From Deltaproteobacteria bacterium (GTDB lineage: Bacteria > Desulfobacterota > Desulfovibrionia > Desulfovibrionales > Desulfovibrionaceae), in assembly GCA_031266055.1 (NCBI GenBank), contig JAISBT010000077.1, positions 2,278 to 66,277 on the forward strand: 64,000 nt of DNA. The letters are read 5' to 3'. Shown piece after piece: positions 30,201-39,234 of the stretch; within the stretch, counting starts at the first letter, position 1, and every line of letters begins with the position of its first letter. The notes below the pieces were generated by a model. That model made no database searches and was not told where the DNA came from. It saw only the letters and a program-made list of their open reading frames with translations. A program made the position numbers and the translations under genes.

Positions 30201-31421
30201 GTAGCGGCCCACCGGAGAAAGGTCGTAGTAATCCGGGTTACGGAACAGGTTGTTGAAAAAACCGGACGCTATTTCAGGCGTTGGCGGGGAACTGGGGCGC
30301 AACCTGCGGTAAATTTCAACCTGGGCTTCTTCCTTGTTTTTAGTTTTATCGGAAACCAGAGTATCGCGAATGGAGGCGGAAGTGTCGGTGCCCCTGGTGT
30401 GCAAAGCGGCAATGCGCGTTATGCCGGCTTCAAGAATATTGCCCAGCAGCGCTTCCGTGATTTCATCCGCGGCTTTGGCTATATAGGTGTCGTCACTGCC
30501 CGGCAGAAGAATATCTTCAGCCAGATACTGGCCCAAAACGGATTCCGGGGCAACTTCGACGGTGGGCGCGATCCCGTCGCTTTTTTCGCAAAGCTGGCGC
30601 CAGATGCGCTTGGTGATGGGCTTGCCGGCTTTGAGCAGCACTTTGCCGTCTTTATCCAGAATATCCCGGTAAGCGTTTTCCTTGCGGTAAAGCTCCCTGG
30701 AAACCTCCAGGCTGACGCCGCCGTCTTGATCCAACCGGTAATGCTCTTTTTCATAGAAATATTCCAAAATCTGGGCGCTGGTCATGCCCATGGCCTTGAA
30801 AAGAATGGTCACAGGCATTTTGCGGCGGCGGTCTATGCGCACATGCAGAATATCCTTGTGGTCATAGTCGAAATCCAGCCAGCTTCCGCGCATGGGTATG
30901 ATGCGGCATGAATACAGCACTTTGCGGCTGGAATGGGTTTTGCCGGAATCATGCTCGAAGATGATGCCGGGCGAACGCTGCAACTGGTTTACAATAACGC
31001 GCTCCGTTCCGTTGACGATAAAAGTGCCTTTTTCCGTCATGAGCGGAAGCGTGCCGAAGTAAATGTCCTGCTCCTTAATATCGCGAATGTTCCGGTTTCC
31101 GGTGTCCTCGTCCACGTCATAGACGACCAGGCGGACTTTTATGCGCACAGGCGCTTCATAGGTAAGCCCCTTGCTGATACATTCCACCTGATCATATTTG
31201 GGCTCGCTGATATCATAGCTCACGTACTCAAGGCTGGAGGTCTTGTTAAAATCGGTTATGGGGAAAACAGACCGGAACACGCCTTCAAGCCCGTCATCCG
31301 CGGTGCGGGCGGAACTGTCCGTTTGCAGAAACTTTTTGTATGAATCCACCTGCAGATTAAGCAGGTGGGGAGTGGGAAGAGTAACTGCAATTTTCCCGAA
31401 TTTTTTGGTAATCTGGCCCAT
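27276..31421 (-). CDS. rpoB: DNA-directed RNA polymerase subunit beta
   Basis: 1381 aa. [33 protein letters not shown] (rifampicin-region motif) and the GRHGNKGV motif. Confidence 0.99.
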   Translation of the reverse strand: MGQITKKFGKIAVTLPTPHLLNLQVDSYKKFLQTDSSARTADDGLEGVFRSVFPITDFNKTSSLEYVSYDISEPKYDQVECISKGLTYEAPVRIKVRLVVYDVDEDTGNRNIRDIKEQDIYFGTLPLMTEKGTFIVNGTERVIVNQLQRSPGIIFEHDSGKTHSSRKVLYSCRIIPMRGSWLDFDYDHKDILHVRIDRRRKMPVTILFKAMGMTSAQILEYFYEKEHYRLDQDGGVSLEVSRELYRKENAYRDILDKDGKVLLKAGKPITKRIWRQLCEKSDGIAPTVEVAPESVLGQYLAEDILLPGSDDTYIAKAADEITEALLGNILEAGITRIAALHTRGTDTSASIRDTLVSDKTKNKEEAQVEIYRRLRPSSPPTPEIASGFFNNLFRNPDYYDLSPVGRYKLNQRLELDDDPALRTLTDENILKAIKILAYLKDTHGPADDIDHLGNRRVRPVGELVENQYRIGLVRMERAIKERMSLQEVSTLMPHDLINPKPVAAVLKEFFGTSQLSQFMDQTNSLSEVTHKRRLSALGPGGLTRERAGFEVRDVHTSHYGRICPIETPEGPNIGLIVSLTTYAKVNDFGFIETPFFAVKDGKVTDEVVFLDASREDAHVIAQAHARRDAEGNLADEAVTTRVHGDVVMSRREEVTLIDVSPSQMVSISAALIPFLEHDDANRALMGSNMQRQAVPLLRSDVPLVGTGMEGDVARDSGACILAEYDGMVSYADADRVIINYAGGVYPESGGSRAYNLQKFHKSNQSTCFGQKPSCYPGQKVKKGDVLADGPGIHNGELALGKNLTVAFMPWCGYNYEDSILISENCVKDDTFTSIHIEEFEVVARDTKLGPEEITRDIPNVGEEMLHDLDASGIIRIGAAVKPDDIMVGKITPKGESQLTPEEKLLRAIFGDKARDVKNTSLKVPPGIEGTIIDVKVFNRRSGEKDERTLNIEEFELSALDRKENDHIEALGRAARNSLFGFVSGKQVNANVAGKKKGEILLEAGHPMTLETLDEIPVKKLAGIFKSKETNEKVAEALDGYDRQLRFIKAMYDSKREKVTEGDDLPPGVIKMVKVYVAVKRKLNVGDKMAGRHGNKGVVSCILPVEDMPFFADGRPVDIVLNPLGVPSRMNIGQIMETHLGWAAGELGLQLGALLDSGAALDQVRAEVKQIFDDQRTTELIDSLNDEEFKKAVKELRPGIITKTPVFDGATENEIWNWLEKARLPNDGKTVLYDGRTGEPFANRVTTGIMYMLKLHHLVDEKIHARSTGPYSLVTQQPLGGKAQFGGQRLGEMEVWALETYGASYLLQEFLTVKSDDVAGRVKMYEKIVKGDNFLEAGMPESFNVLVKELMSLGLNVTLHQEEIKKRTRRPGSFSSTTLDEE

Positions 31422-31848
31422 GTTTTACCTCAAGGCTTGTTTTTCAATATACCGCCGTTAAGCGCAATAAACGCCGGGCGCAAAGCTTTTGTCCCATACA
31501 GCAAAGACGAATACTTGGAAAAAGTTTTTATGCAACGGGTACGGGTTGGACTATAAATATGACACCAATAGAACAAAGACGGCGCAACTTCAGAGCGCCT
31601 GACAGCGGAGCTATCGACCAGGATTTATATGATTTGCGGGATATAAACAAACTGGAACCTGTTGCTTGTATAGATTGCGCAATACACAGCGCGCTGCCGC
31701 CTTTGAATGAAGCCGCAACGTGCCGGAGCATTTTACGCTTGAGATTGCCGCCTGGAGCTTTTCGCCGCTCCACCCGGTATATTTCCAAATAGAAATAAAT
31801 ATTGAGTATACACAATAAAAAAAAATGTTCAAGCAAAAAATATGGATA

Positions 31849-31892
31849 AAATAAAAAAGAACAACCCCACCCTGAGCGAATTCAGCGTGGGG
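31849..31892 (-). terminator. Intrinsic terminator/attenuator between rplL and rpoB
   Basis: On the minus strand, CCCCACGCTGA...TCAGGGTGGGG (11-bp stem with one mismatch) is followed by TTGTTCTTTTTTATTTT. The position matches the known rplL-rpoB attenuator of other bacteria. Confidence 0.7.
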
Positions 31893-31920
31893 TCGCGCTC
31901 TTTTTATTTTTCAGAACCGG

Positions 31921-32304
31921 TTATTTTACTTCAACTTCAGCGCCCGCGTCAGCCAGTTGTTTTCTGGCATCCTCGGCTTTATCTTTGGCCACGGCTTCCA
32001 GCAGAGTGGAAGGAGCGCCGTCGACTTTGTCTTTGGCTTCTTTAAGGCCAAGGCTGGTAAGCGCGCGTACGACCTTGATGACCGCTATTTTATTGGCCCC
32101 CGCGGCTTTGAGGACTACGTCAAATTCGGTCTTTTCCTCTTCAGCCGGGGCGGCGGGCCCGGCGGCGGGCCCGGCGGCCATAGCCACAGCCGGGGCCGCG
32201 GCGGAAACGCCGAATTTGGCTTCCAGTTCTTTAATGAATTCCGAAAGCTCAAGCACAGTCATATTGGAAATAAATTCAACAACTTGTTCTTTAGTTACAG
32301 ACAT
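31921..32304 (-). CDS. rplL: 50S ribosomal protein L7/L12
   Basis: [28 protein letters not shown]..., an Ala/Pro hinge, and the C-terminal [19 protein letters not shown]. The start is at 32304 behind AAGGAG. Confidence 0.97.
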   Translation of the reverse strand: MSVTKEQVVEFISNMTVLELSEFIKELEAKFGVSAAAPAVAMAAGPAAGPAAPAEEEKTEFDVVLKAAGANKIAVIKVVRALTSLGLKEAKDKVDGAPSTLLEAVAKDKAEDARKQLADAGAEVEVK

Positions 32305-32383
32305 TTTATTCTCCTTAAAAAGGTCTTTAGAGCCGTTTAATTTCAAGACGCTCCCTCAAGGCTCCAGACGGCGAAACATCGCT

Positions 32384-32905
32384 TCAAGCGGCTTTTTTCT
32401 GCTCTTCAATGGCCTTGAGGGCATAGAGCATGCCGCGCAACATGTTGGCAAACAAAGAAACAAAATTGGTCGGCACGGCATTCATCGTGCCCAGAACTCT
32501 GGCCAGGAGTTCCTGTTTGCCGGGCAGTCTGGCCAAATCCTCAATTTGCGCGGCGGTAAGCAATTTACCTTCAAGGCTGCCATGCTTCAGAGCCAGCTTT
32601 TTGCTGGTTCGGGCGAAATCCGTGACCGCTTTGGCCAGAGCCACCGGGTCTTCTCTACCCACGGCCACAGCGCAGTTTTCACGGAACAGATCCTTGAGCG
32701 CATCGTGTTTACCATTGGTAAAGGCGATGCGCGCGAGAGTGTTTTTCACGATGACGAGCTCGCCGCCCACAGCGCGAAGTTTGACTCTCAAGCGGGTCAT
32801 TTCTTCCACCTGCATGCCCTTGAAGTCCGCGACAACCGCTATAGGCGCGTCCTGAGACTTGCTTATGAGCTGTTCGATTACCGCAGCTTTTTCAGTTCTA
32901 TTCAC
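32384..32905 (-). CDS. rplJ: 50S ribosomal protein L10
   Basis: 173 aa. Position between rplA and rplL, and the [13 protein letters not shown]...[13 protein letters not shown] pattern. Confidence 0.95.
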   Translation of the reverse strand: MNRTEKAAVIEQLISKSQDAPIAVVADFKGMQVEEMTRLRVKLRAVGGELVIVKNTLARIAFTNGKHDALKDLFRENCAVAVGREDPVALAKAVTDFARTSKKLALKHGSLEGKLLTAAQIEDLARLPGKQELLARVLGTMNAVPTNFVSLFANMLRGMLYALKAIEEQKKAA

Positions 32906-33072
32906 AGTGCTCTCCTGAATTTTACAGAGCTTGCGTTGCCGGTGAAATTAACTGAGCCAGAGACTATTTTGGTCTCGGCAGGAAATTGAGGGCAGGGTCA
33001 GGAACGGCCTGACCAATGCCCGCCTGCTTTCTACGACTCGGAAAATTCCATGTCCTTTGCCGATTGCGGGTT

Positions 33073-33200
33073 AGAGCAGATTAACTTTGAAAAAGTATGT
33101 CTGCTCTGCAAGGATTTGCCTGTAAATCCTTGCCGCGAAATGCTTGCTTAACGGTGGGCTTTGCCCACCGTTAAGCAAGCATTTCAAGCGTAAAATGCTC
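33073..33200. repeat. Family B alpha-type repeat (second copy)
   Basis: Same three hairpins as 101-225. The central hairpin is CGAAATGCTTGCTTAACGGTGGGCTTTGCCCACCGTTAAGCAAGCATTTCAAGCG, and the element ends in TAAAATGCTC. Confidence 0.88.
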
Positions 33201-33238
33201 CAGGCACCCGCATATAAAACCGGTTTGCACCGGGTTAA

Positions 33239-33379
33239 ATTACAGATTTCCGCATGGAAATCTGAACATCAGCCGTCCGGCTGATGTCGCCGCGAAGCGG
33301 CGAGAGGCAACCGAAAACCACGTTTTTCGGTTGACGATCCTCCGCAGGGAAAAGTTTGCTTTTCAATGCGGATATCAGT
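33239..33379 (-). repeat. Family A five-hairpin 140-bp element, copy 1 (inverted)
   Basis: Reverse complement of the 35637-35776 element. Lies between rplA and rplJ, directly next to the family B copy. Confidence 0.92.
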
Positions 33380-33391
33380 AAAAACCGTCCG

Positions 33392-34108
33392 TCAGGCCGC
33401 CGCGCCTTCAATAAACTTGCGGATAAGCGCGGGATCGACTTTAAAGCCCGGCCCCATGGTCGTGGAAATTGCCATGGAAACCATATAAGCGCCTTTGGCG
33501 CTGGAAGGCTTCAGACGGTTGATATGGTCGAGCAGAACCCTGAGATTGTCCAGAATTTTGTCCGGCCCGAATGAAACTTTGCCGACCGGCGCGTGGACGA
33601 TTCCGGCTTTGTCCACCCTGAATTCAACCCGCCCGCCTTTAACTTCTTTAACGGCTTTGCCCACATCAAAGGTAACCGTGCCGGTTTTGGCGTTGGGCAT
33701 AAGCCCGCGCGGGCCGAGCACGCGGCCGACTTGCCCGACCAGAGCCATCATATCGGGGGTGGCAATGGCCGAGTCGAAGTCCAGAAACCCTTCCTTGACC
33801 CTGGCGACCAGATCTTCTCCGCCGACAAAATCGGCGCCGGCCTCTTTTGCCTCCGTTTCTTTTTCGCCTTTGCAAAAAACCGCCACCCGCACGGTTTTAC
33901 CCAGGCCGTGCGGCAAAGCGCATGCGCCGCGCACCATTTGATCCGAATATTTGGGATCAACGCCAAGGCGCAAAGCCACATCGACCGTTTCGTCAAATTT
34001 GGCGTAAGAAGCGGAAAGCGCTTGGCTGACAGCTTCACCGACCGGGCGTCTGGTTTGAAGATCCGTGTTTTCTATTGATTTACGGTAGTTTTTTCCATGT
34101 CTGGGCAT
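33392..34108 (-). CDS. rplA: 50S ribosomal protein L1
   Basis: 238 aa. [15 protein letters not shown] and [16 protein letters not shown] motifs. Confidence 0.97.
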   Translation of the reverse strand: MPRHGKNYRKSIENTDLQTRRPVGEAVSQALSASYAKFDETVDVALRLGVDPKYSDQMVRGACALPHGLGKTVRVAVFCKGEKETEAKEAGADFVGGEDLVARVKEGFLDFDSAIATPDMMALVGQVGRVLGPRGLMPNAKTGTVTFDVGKAVKEVKGGRVEFRVDKAGIVHAPVGKVSFGPDKILDNLRVLLDHINRLKPSSAKGAYMVSMAISTTMGPGFKVDPALIRKFIEGAAA

Positions 34109-34208
34109 TCTTACCCACCTTCCTTGAAAGTCGTTCGAATCTCCTGCGGTTCCGGATAAGCTATGGTCTGGCAGCTACCAGAGGGAACGCAGTACAATTG
34201 ATTAAACG

Positions 34209-34631
34209 CTATTTTACATCAATACCCATGCTACGGGCGGTACCCATAATGGAATGTTTGGCCGCTTCCAAATCTCCGGCCGTAAGATCCGGCAATTTCA
34301 AGCGGGCGATTTCCTCAATCTGCTGCATTGAAACAGCGGCTACTTTGGTGCGGTTGGGCACGCCGGAACCTTTTTCAATTTTGGCAGCCTTGAGTAAAAG
34401 CACCGAGGCCGGCGGAGTTTTGGTTATAAAGCTGAAAGAGCGGTCGCTGTACACAGTAATGACTACAGGTATGATCGTGCCTTTTTGGTCAGCGGTTTTG
34501 GCGTTGAAAGCCTTGCAAAATTCCATGATGTTCAGCCCATGCTGACCAAGGGCCGGGCCTACCGGGGGCGACGGGTTGGCTACGCCTCCGGGTATTTGCA
34601 ATTTCACTTTCGCCACTTCTTTTTTAGCCAT
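34209..34631 (-). CDS. rplK: 50S ribosomal protein L11
   Basis: [34 protein letters not shown] is the canonical L11 N-terminus. Confidence 0.98.
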   Translation of the reverse strand: MAKKEVAKVKLQIPGGVANPSPPVGPALGQHGLNIMEFCKAFNAKTADQKGTIIPVVITVYSDRSFSFITKTPPASVLLLKAAKIEKGSGVPNRTKVAAVSMQQIEEIARLKLPDLTAGDLEAAKHSIMGTARSMGIDVK

Positions 34632-34660
34632 AATAGTTTTTCCTTACAATTAAGCCTGGT

Positions 34661-35215
34661 TCAACCTTTGGAAACCTGGACAAAATCCAGCTCAACCGGA
34701 GTTTGCCGGCCAAAAATGGAAACCGAAACCCGAAGTTTACCTTTATCAAAATTGACGTCTTCAACCACACCATTGAATCCGGCAAAAGGGCCGTCAATGA
34801 CCCGAACCTCGTCACTGCGCTCAAAATTGAATTTGGGCCGCGGCTGCTCATGGCGTGTTTCCATTATGGAAAGAATACGCGCGGCTTCACTGTCCAGCAT
34901 GGGCGCCGGGCGGGTTTTTCCGCCGACAAAGCCTGTAACCTTCGGAATGGATTGAACAAGGTGCCAGGATTCATCGGTCATAACCATGCGCAGCATCACA
35001 TAGCCGGGATAAAATTTGCGGGTGAAGGTCTTTTTTTCGCCGCGCACCAGTTCAATGATGCGCTCCGTGGGAATAATAACCTGCTCAATCGCGCCGCCGT
35101 CCTGGCCGGTGCGCATCATCTCACGTATGGTCTGCTCCACCCGGTTTTCAAAACCGGAGTAGGTATGCACAATATACCAGCGCGCTCTGGCTTGCGCAGT
35201 TTCAACTTCGCTCAT
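34661..35215 (-). CDS. nusG: Transcription termination/antitermination factor NusG
   Basis: RWYIVHTYSGFE NGN domain and C-terminal KOW (VRVIDGPFAGFNGVVEDV). Conserved secE-nusG-rplK order. Confidence 0.96.
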   Translation of the reverse strand: MSEVETAQARARWYIVHTYSGFENRVEQTIREMMRTGQDGGAIEQVIIPTERIIELVRGEKKTFTRKFYPGYVMLRMVMTDESWHLVQSIPKVTGFVGGKTRPAPMLDSEAARILSIMETRHEQPRPKFNFERSDEVRVIDGPFAGFNGVVEDVNFDKGKLRVSVSIFGRQTPVELDFVQVSKG

Positions 35216-35217
35216 GC

Positions 35218-35517
35218 CTATCTTCCTAAACTTGTTATAACTTCCACCGCCTTAACCAGGCCAAAATCCATAATGCCCAGGAAAATCGCCATTACGGTCA
35301 CCAGAATAAGCACCGCGACGGTCGTAATTCTGATTTCCTTTTTGTTCGGCCAGGTGACTTTTTTCAATTCCGCTTTGGAATCCTCAAAGAAAGTTCTGGC
35401 TTGCTCAAGCTTGCCCGGTTCGGAAGCGGCTTTCCCGGGATTTTTTTTCTCGGCGGCTTTTTTTTCCGGGCCGGCGGCAGCGCTTGAAGCGCGTACAGGG
35501 GTATTTTTCGTGGCCAT
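35218..35517 (-). CDS. secE: Preprotein translocase subunit SecE
   Basis: 99 aa. Lys-rich N-terminus, then ELKKVTWPNKKEI and a single C-terminal TM. Position upstream of nusG. Confidence 0.88.
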   Translation of the reverse strand: MATKNTPVRASSAAAGPEKKAAEKKNPGKAASEPGKLEQARTFFEDSKAELKKVTWPNKKEIRITTVAVLILVTVMAIFLGIMDFGLVKAVEVITSLGR

Positions 35518-35636
35518 GTTTGCCTCGGTTTATATCTGCTGGAACATTTTCCGCTTGAGATTGTGAAAAGGCGGCGCGGTAAAAAAAAGCCCGGCGCCCG
35601 GCTGGGCGTCTCAAAATTAAACCGCATTACTGCCTT

Positions 35637-35776
35637 ACTGATATCCGCATTGAAAAGTAAACTTTTCCCTGCGGAGGATCGTTAACCGAAAAACGTGGTT
35701 TTCGGTTGACTCTCGCCGCTTCGCGGCGACATCAGCCGTCCGGCTGACGTTCAGATTTCCATGCGGAAATCTGTAA
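35637..35776 (+). repeat. Family A five-hairpin 140-bp element, copy 2
   Basis: ACTGATATCCGCATTGAAAAGTAAACTTTTCCCTGCGGAGGATCGTTAACCGAAAAACGTGGTTTTCGGTTGACTCTCGCCGCTTCGCGGCGACATCAGCCGTCCGGCTGACGTTCAGATTTCCATGCGGAAATCTGTAA(T). Five successive stem-loops. The ends form an imperfect 13-nt terminal inverted repeat (CTGATATCCGCAT / ATGCGGAAATCTG). It abuts the 3' end of tRNA-Trp. Confidence 0.92.
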
Positions 35777-35852
35777 TGGCAGGGCAGGCAGGATTCGAAC
35801 CTGCAACCTGCGGTTTTGGAGACCGCTGCTCTAGCCGTTGAGCCACTGCCCT
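35777..35852 (-). tRNA. tRNA-Trp (anticodon CCA)
   Basis: Manual cloverleaf: acceptor AGGGCAG/CTGCCCT, anticodon stem GCGGT/ACCGC with loop CTCCAAA, T-loop TTCGAAT. CCA is encoded. Confidence 0.93.
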
Positions 35853-35994
35853 TTATAATCGCTTCGCTATCCTATAATAATCGCTTCGCTCCATGTCTTG
35901 CTTCGGCGGGAATGAATCCCGCCTCGCGCCGCCGCCTGGCGGCGGAGCAAGCCGGACTCACGTCCGTAGCAGCGATATATGGTTCAAAATGATC

Positions 35995-36144
35995 TTATCT
36001 GGTTTCGCGGTGAAGCGTCATTTTTCTGTCCCAGGGGCAGAATTTTTTCAATTCCAGCCTCCCGGAAGTGTTTTTTTTGTTTTTTGACGTAGCGTAATTA
36101 CGCCGCTTGCATTCCGTGCAAGCCAGCAGAAGGTTGGTTTGCAT
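35995..36144 (-). CDS. rpmG: 50S ribosomal protein L33
   Basis: Hand-translated 49 aa: [49 protein letters not shown]. It carries the L33 signature and sits in the canonical slot between tuf and tRNA-Trp/secE. Not in the ORF track because it is under 60 aa. Confidence 0.93.
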   Translation of the reverse strand: MQTNLLLACTECKRRNYATSKNKKNTSGRLELKKFCPWDRKMTLHRETR

Positions 36145-36147
36145 GTG

Positions 36148-37341
36148 CTACTCCAGAATCTGCGTCACCACGCCTGCGCCCACCGTACGGCCGCCTTCGC
36201 GAATCGCGAAACGCAGGCCCTGTTCCATGGCAATGGCGTGAATGAGTTCCACCGTAAAAGTGGAGTTATCGCCGGGCATGACCATTTCAACGCCTTCGGG
36301 CAGGTTGATGGAGCCGGTGATGTCAGTGGTGCGGAAATAGAACTGGGGACGGTACCCGGTGAAAAAGGGCGTATGGCGTCCGCCTTCGTCCTTGGACAGA
36401 ACGTAGACCTCGCCCTTGAACTTTTTGTGCGGGGTAATGGATTTGGGCGCGGCAAGAACCTGGCCGCGTTCCACGTCTTCACGCTTGGTGCCGCGCAAAA
36501 GCACGCCCACATTGTCGCCGGCCTGGCCCTGATCCAGGATGCGGCGGAACATTTCAACGCCGGTGCAGGTGGTTTTGATCGTGGGACGAATACCCACGAT
36601 TTCAACTTCATCGCCGGTTTTGACAATGCCGCGTTCCACGCGTCCGGTCACCACGGTGCCGCGGCCGGAGATGGAGAAAACGTCTTCAATGGGCATGAGG
36701 TAAGGTTTGTCAATTTCGCGCTGGGGCTCAGGGATGTAGGTATCGCAAGCGTTCAGCAGCTCAATGATGCCTTTGGCGTCTTCCGTGTCCGCTTTGTCGG
36801 TTTCCAGCGCTTTAAGCGCGGAACCGCGAATAACCGGAATATCGTCGCCCGGATAGCCGTACTTGCTCAAAAGTTCGCGGACTTCAAGCTCAACCAGCTC
36901 AAGCAGTTCCTCGTCATCCACCATGTCGCACTTGTTCAGGAAAACCACCAGGTAGGGCACGCCGACCTGACGGGCAAGCAGAATATGCTCGCGCGTCTGG
37001 GGCATGGGGCCGTCGGTGGCGGCAACGACAATGATGGCGCCGTCCATCTGGGCCGCGCCGGTAATCATGTTTTTAATGTAATCGGCGTGGCCCGGGCAGT
37101 CAACATGCGCATAGTGGCGCTTGTCGGTTTCGTATTCCACATGCGCGGTGGAAATGGTGATGCCGCGTTCTCTTTCTTCCGGCGCCTTGTCAATTTCGTC
37201 AAAAGAAACGAATTTGCCGTGCCCCAAAAAACCGGCGATTTTGGTAATAGCCGCGGTTAAAGTGGTTTTGCCGTGGTCAATGTGACCAATGGTGCCTATG
37301 TTGACGTGAGGTTTGTTACGCTGAAATTTTTCCTTACCCAT
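36148..37341 (-). CDS. tuf: Elongation factor Tu
   Basis: 397 aa. [18 protein letters not shown] and NKCD GTPase motifs. Preceded by the Thr-Tyr-Gly-Thr tRNA cluster. Confidence 0.99.
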   Translation of the reverse strand: MGKEKFQRNKPHVNIGTIGHIDHGKTTLTAAITKIAGFLGHGKFVSFDEIDKAPEERERGITISTAHVEYETDKRHYAHVDCPGHADYIKNMITGAAQMDGAIIVVAATDGPMPQTREHILLARQVGVPYLVVFLNKCDMVDDEELLELVELEVRELLSKYGYPGDDIPVIRGSALKALETDKADTEDAKGIIELLNACDTYIPEPQREIDKPYLMPIEDVFSISGRGTVVTGRVERGIVKTGDEVEIVGIRPTIKTTCTGVEMFRRILDQGQAGDNVGVLLRGTKREDVERGQVLAAPKSITPHKKFKGEVYVLSKDEGGRHTPFFTGYRPQFYFRTTDITGSINLPEGVEMVMPGDNSTFTVELIHAIAMEQGLRFAIREGGRTVGAGVVTQILE

Positions 37342-37417
37342 GATTAATCTCCCTGCTTGTTACTTTATTGCGGCCTGCGGGCGGCAACTTTTCAAATTTC
37401 AAAATAATTGTACAAAA

Positions 37418-37493
<76 letters not shown>

Positions 37494-37532
37494 TTTGATG
37501 CGCGTGAGGGGAGAACTGCAAGCTTGGGATAA

Positions 37533-37608
37533 TGGAGCGGGAAACGAGATTCGAACTCGCAACCCTCAGCTTGGAAGGCTGATGCTCTAGCCGTTGAGCT
37601 ATTCCCGC
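37533..37608 (-). tRNA. tRNA-Gly (anticodon TCC)
   Basis: Manual cloverleaf: acceptor GCGGGAA/TTCCCGC, anticodon stem TCAGC/GCTGA with loop CTTCCAA, T-loop TTCGAAT. CCA is encoded. Confidence 0.92.
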
Positions 37609-37773
37609 GCATTTACCGTAGTTCTCCGACAGGCGCACTGTCTCCTACAGCCAGAACCGCTGAAAGGCGGCCAGCGGAACCGGCTCCGGCGCAGTTTCGC
37701 GCGGAACCGGTAAAAGGCAATTGCCATAGTCCGCGATTAAAAGCAAGAACTATTGCGGCTGCCTGAAAAATAG

Positions 37774-37859
37774 TGGTGGTGGGGGGTGGATTCGAACCAC
37801 CGAAGTCGTACGACGACAGATTTACAGTCTGTTCCCTTTAGCCACTCGGGAACCCCACC
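37774..37859 (-). tRNA. tRNA-Tyr (anticodon GTA), long variable arm
   Basis: Manual cloverleaf: acceptor GGTGGGG/CCCCACC, anticodon loop CTGTAAA, a 15-nt variable arm, T-loop TTCGAAT. CCA is encoded. Confidence 0.92.
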
Positions 37860-37938
37860 AGGAGCAAGCATGTTCAGAATTACCAGAAAAATTAAAAAAA
37901 AGCTACCGCGGAAACCGGAATGCGGCTGATTTTATCGG

Positions 37939-38011
37939 AGCTGGCGATGGGACTTGAACCCGCAACCTGCTGATTACAAATCAGCTGCTCTGCCAGTTGA
38001 GCTACGCCAGC
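37939..38011 (-). tRNA. tRNA-Thr (anticodon TGT)
   Basis: Manual cloverleaf: acceptor GCTGGCG/CGCCAGC, anticodon stem GCTGA/TCAGC with loop TTTGTAA. The T-stem has one C-A mismatch. The terminal CCA is not fully encoded (CCG). Confidence 0.85.
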
Positions 38012-38097
38012 AGCGAAAAAAAGCTATTATCCACACTTGCGCCAAAAAGCAAGCACATTTTTTCTTTTTACCGGAAAAATTCCGGGAAGGTATTAAT

Positions 38098-38238
38098 ACT
38101 GATATCCGCATTGAAAAGTAAACTTTTCCCTGCGGAGGATCGTCAACCGAAAAACGCGGTTTTCGGTTGACTCCCGCCGCTTCGCGGCGACATCAGCCGG
38201 ACGGCTGATGTGCAGATTTCCATGCGGAAATCTGTAAT
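38098..38238 (+). repeat. Family A five-hairpin element, copy 3
   Basis: About 95 percent identical by eye to 35637-35776. Lies in the divergent region between the tRNA/tuf operon and the mdh-like gene. Confidence 0.92.
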
Positions 38239-38319
38239 TCACTTTTGTTTGCGTTCAGGATACATTTCCTTGACGGGCCATTTGTGAATGAGTCAAATCA
38301 ATCAATGCGGAGGCAACTT

Positions 38320-39234
38320 ATGAAGCTGGCAATTGTTGGCGCGGCGGGTTCAATCGGTGCTCCGACCGCTTTTTATATCGCGCAGCGCAACATTGTGGAT
38401 AAAATTGTTCTGATTGATCCCAACCAGAAGCTCCTTAAAAACCATGCCATGGATATGACGCAGGCCGTTCTGGAAGTTTCCGACAGTGAAATCAGCACCG
38501 GCGACTATAAAGACCTCGCCGGCGTTGACATAATCATTTTGTCCGCGGCCCAGCCCGCTGCCGCCGTTACCTCCCGCAACGCCTGGCTTAAAGGCAACCT
38601 TGAGCTGTTGAGGGATGTTACCGGAGAAATAAAAAAGCACGTCCGGGACAAGGTGATCATTGTAGTCACCAACCCGGTGGATATCTGCACATATTACGTT
38701 TACAAACAGCTCGGCTGGAGCAGGAATAAAATCGTCGGGTTCAATGTCAATGATTCAGTGCGCGTGCGCTGGGCTTTGCACAAAACTACGGGTCTGGATT
38801 ATAAAAAGCTGGACGGCCTGTGCATCGGCGAGCACGGAATGTATCAGGTTCCCCTGTTCAGCCAGGTTACTTACGAGGGGAAGCCCCTCGCCATTACGGA
38901 TGAAGTCAGGGCCGCCACCAACAAAGCCATTCATGACTGGACCACCGAATTTCTGGAACTTGCGGATGCGCGCACAACCGGCTGGCTTTGCTGCATCACC
39001 CTTTCCGATTTGGTTGCGGATCTGGTTAAAGGCAGCAGCAAGCCGATAGTTTCCACTACCCCGCTTGAAGGCGAATACCGCGAGCGGGACATTTGCCTTG
39101 GCGTGCCGGTAATGCTTGGCCCGACAGGCATTCAGGAAATTGTCAGTTTGCCTATCAGCGCTGAGGAGCGCATGCAATTTCATGAAGCCGCGGAAAACGT
39201 CCGCAGGGTGATCAGGGACGCCGGTCTGCAATAG
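38320..39234 (+). CDS. Malate/L-lactate dehydrogenase family protein
   Basis: [15 protein letters not shown] Rossmann start, VTNPVD, and catalytic IGEHG. The substrate-loop sequence is atypical, so MDH versus LDH was not decided. The start was moved to 38320. Confidence 0.85.
   Translation: MKLAIVGAAGSIGAPTAFYIAQRNIVDKIVLIDPNQKLLKNHAMDMTQAVLEVSDSEISTGDYKDLAGVDIIILSAAQPAAAVTSRNAWLKGNLELLRDVTGEIKKHVRDKVIIVVTNPVDICTYYVYKQLGWSRNKIVGFNVNDSVRVRWALHKTTGLDYKKLDGLCIGEHGMYQVPLFSQVTYEGKPLAITDEVRAATNKAIHDWTTEFLELADARTTGWLCCITLSDLVADLVKGSSKPIVSTTPLEGEYRERDICLGVPVMLGPTGIQEIVSLPISAEERMQFHEAAENVRRVIRDAGLQ

Noticed and set aside
29391-30911. 506-aa plus-strand ORF, with neighbours such as 27633-28364, 28407-29333 and 30933-31343.
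   Set aside because: It lies entirely antisense to rpoB, whose identity is unambiguous. The composition is Gly/Arg/Ala/Val-rich shadow-frame sequence typical of GC-rich genes, and there is no RBS.
36139-37260. 373-aa plus-strand ORF.
   Set aside because: It is antisense to tuf (EF-Tu), making it a shadow ORF.
37609-37773. 165-nt spacer between tRNA-Gly and tRNA-Tyr, considered as a possible small RNA.
   Set aside because: It shows only weak, irregular pairing. There is no promoter or terminator signature and no similarity to the repeat families, so a call is not supported.
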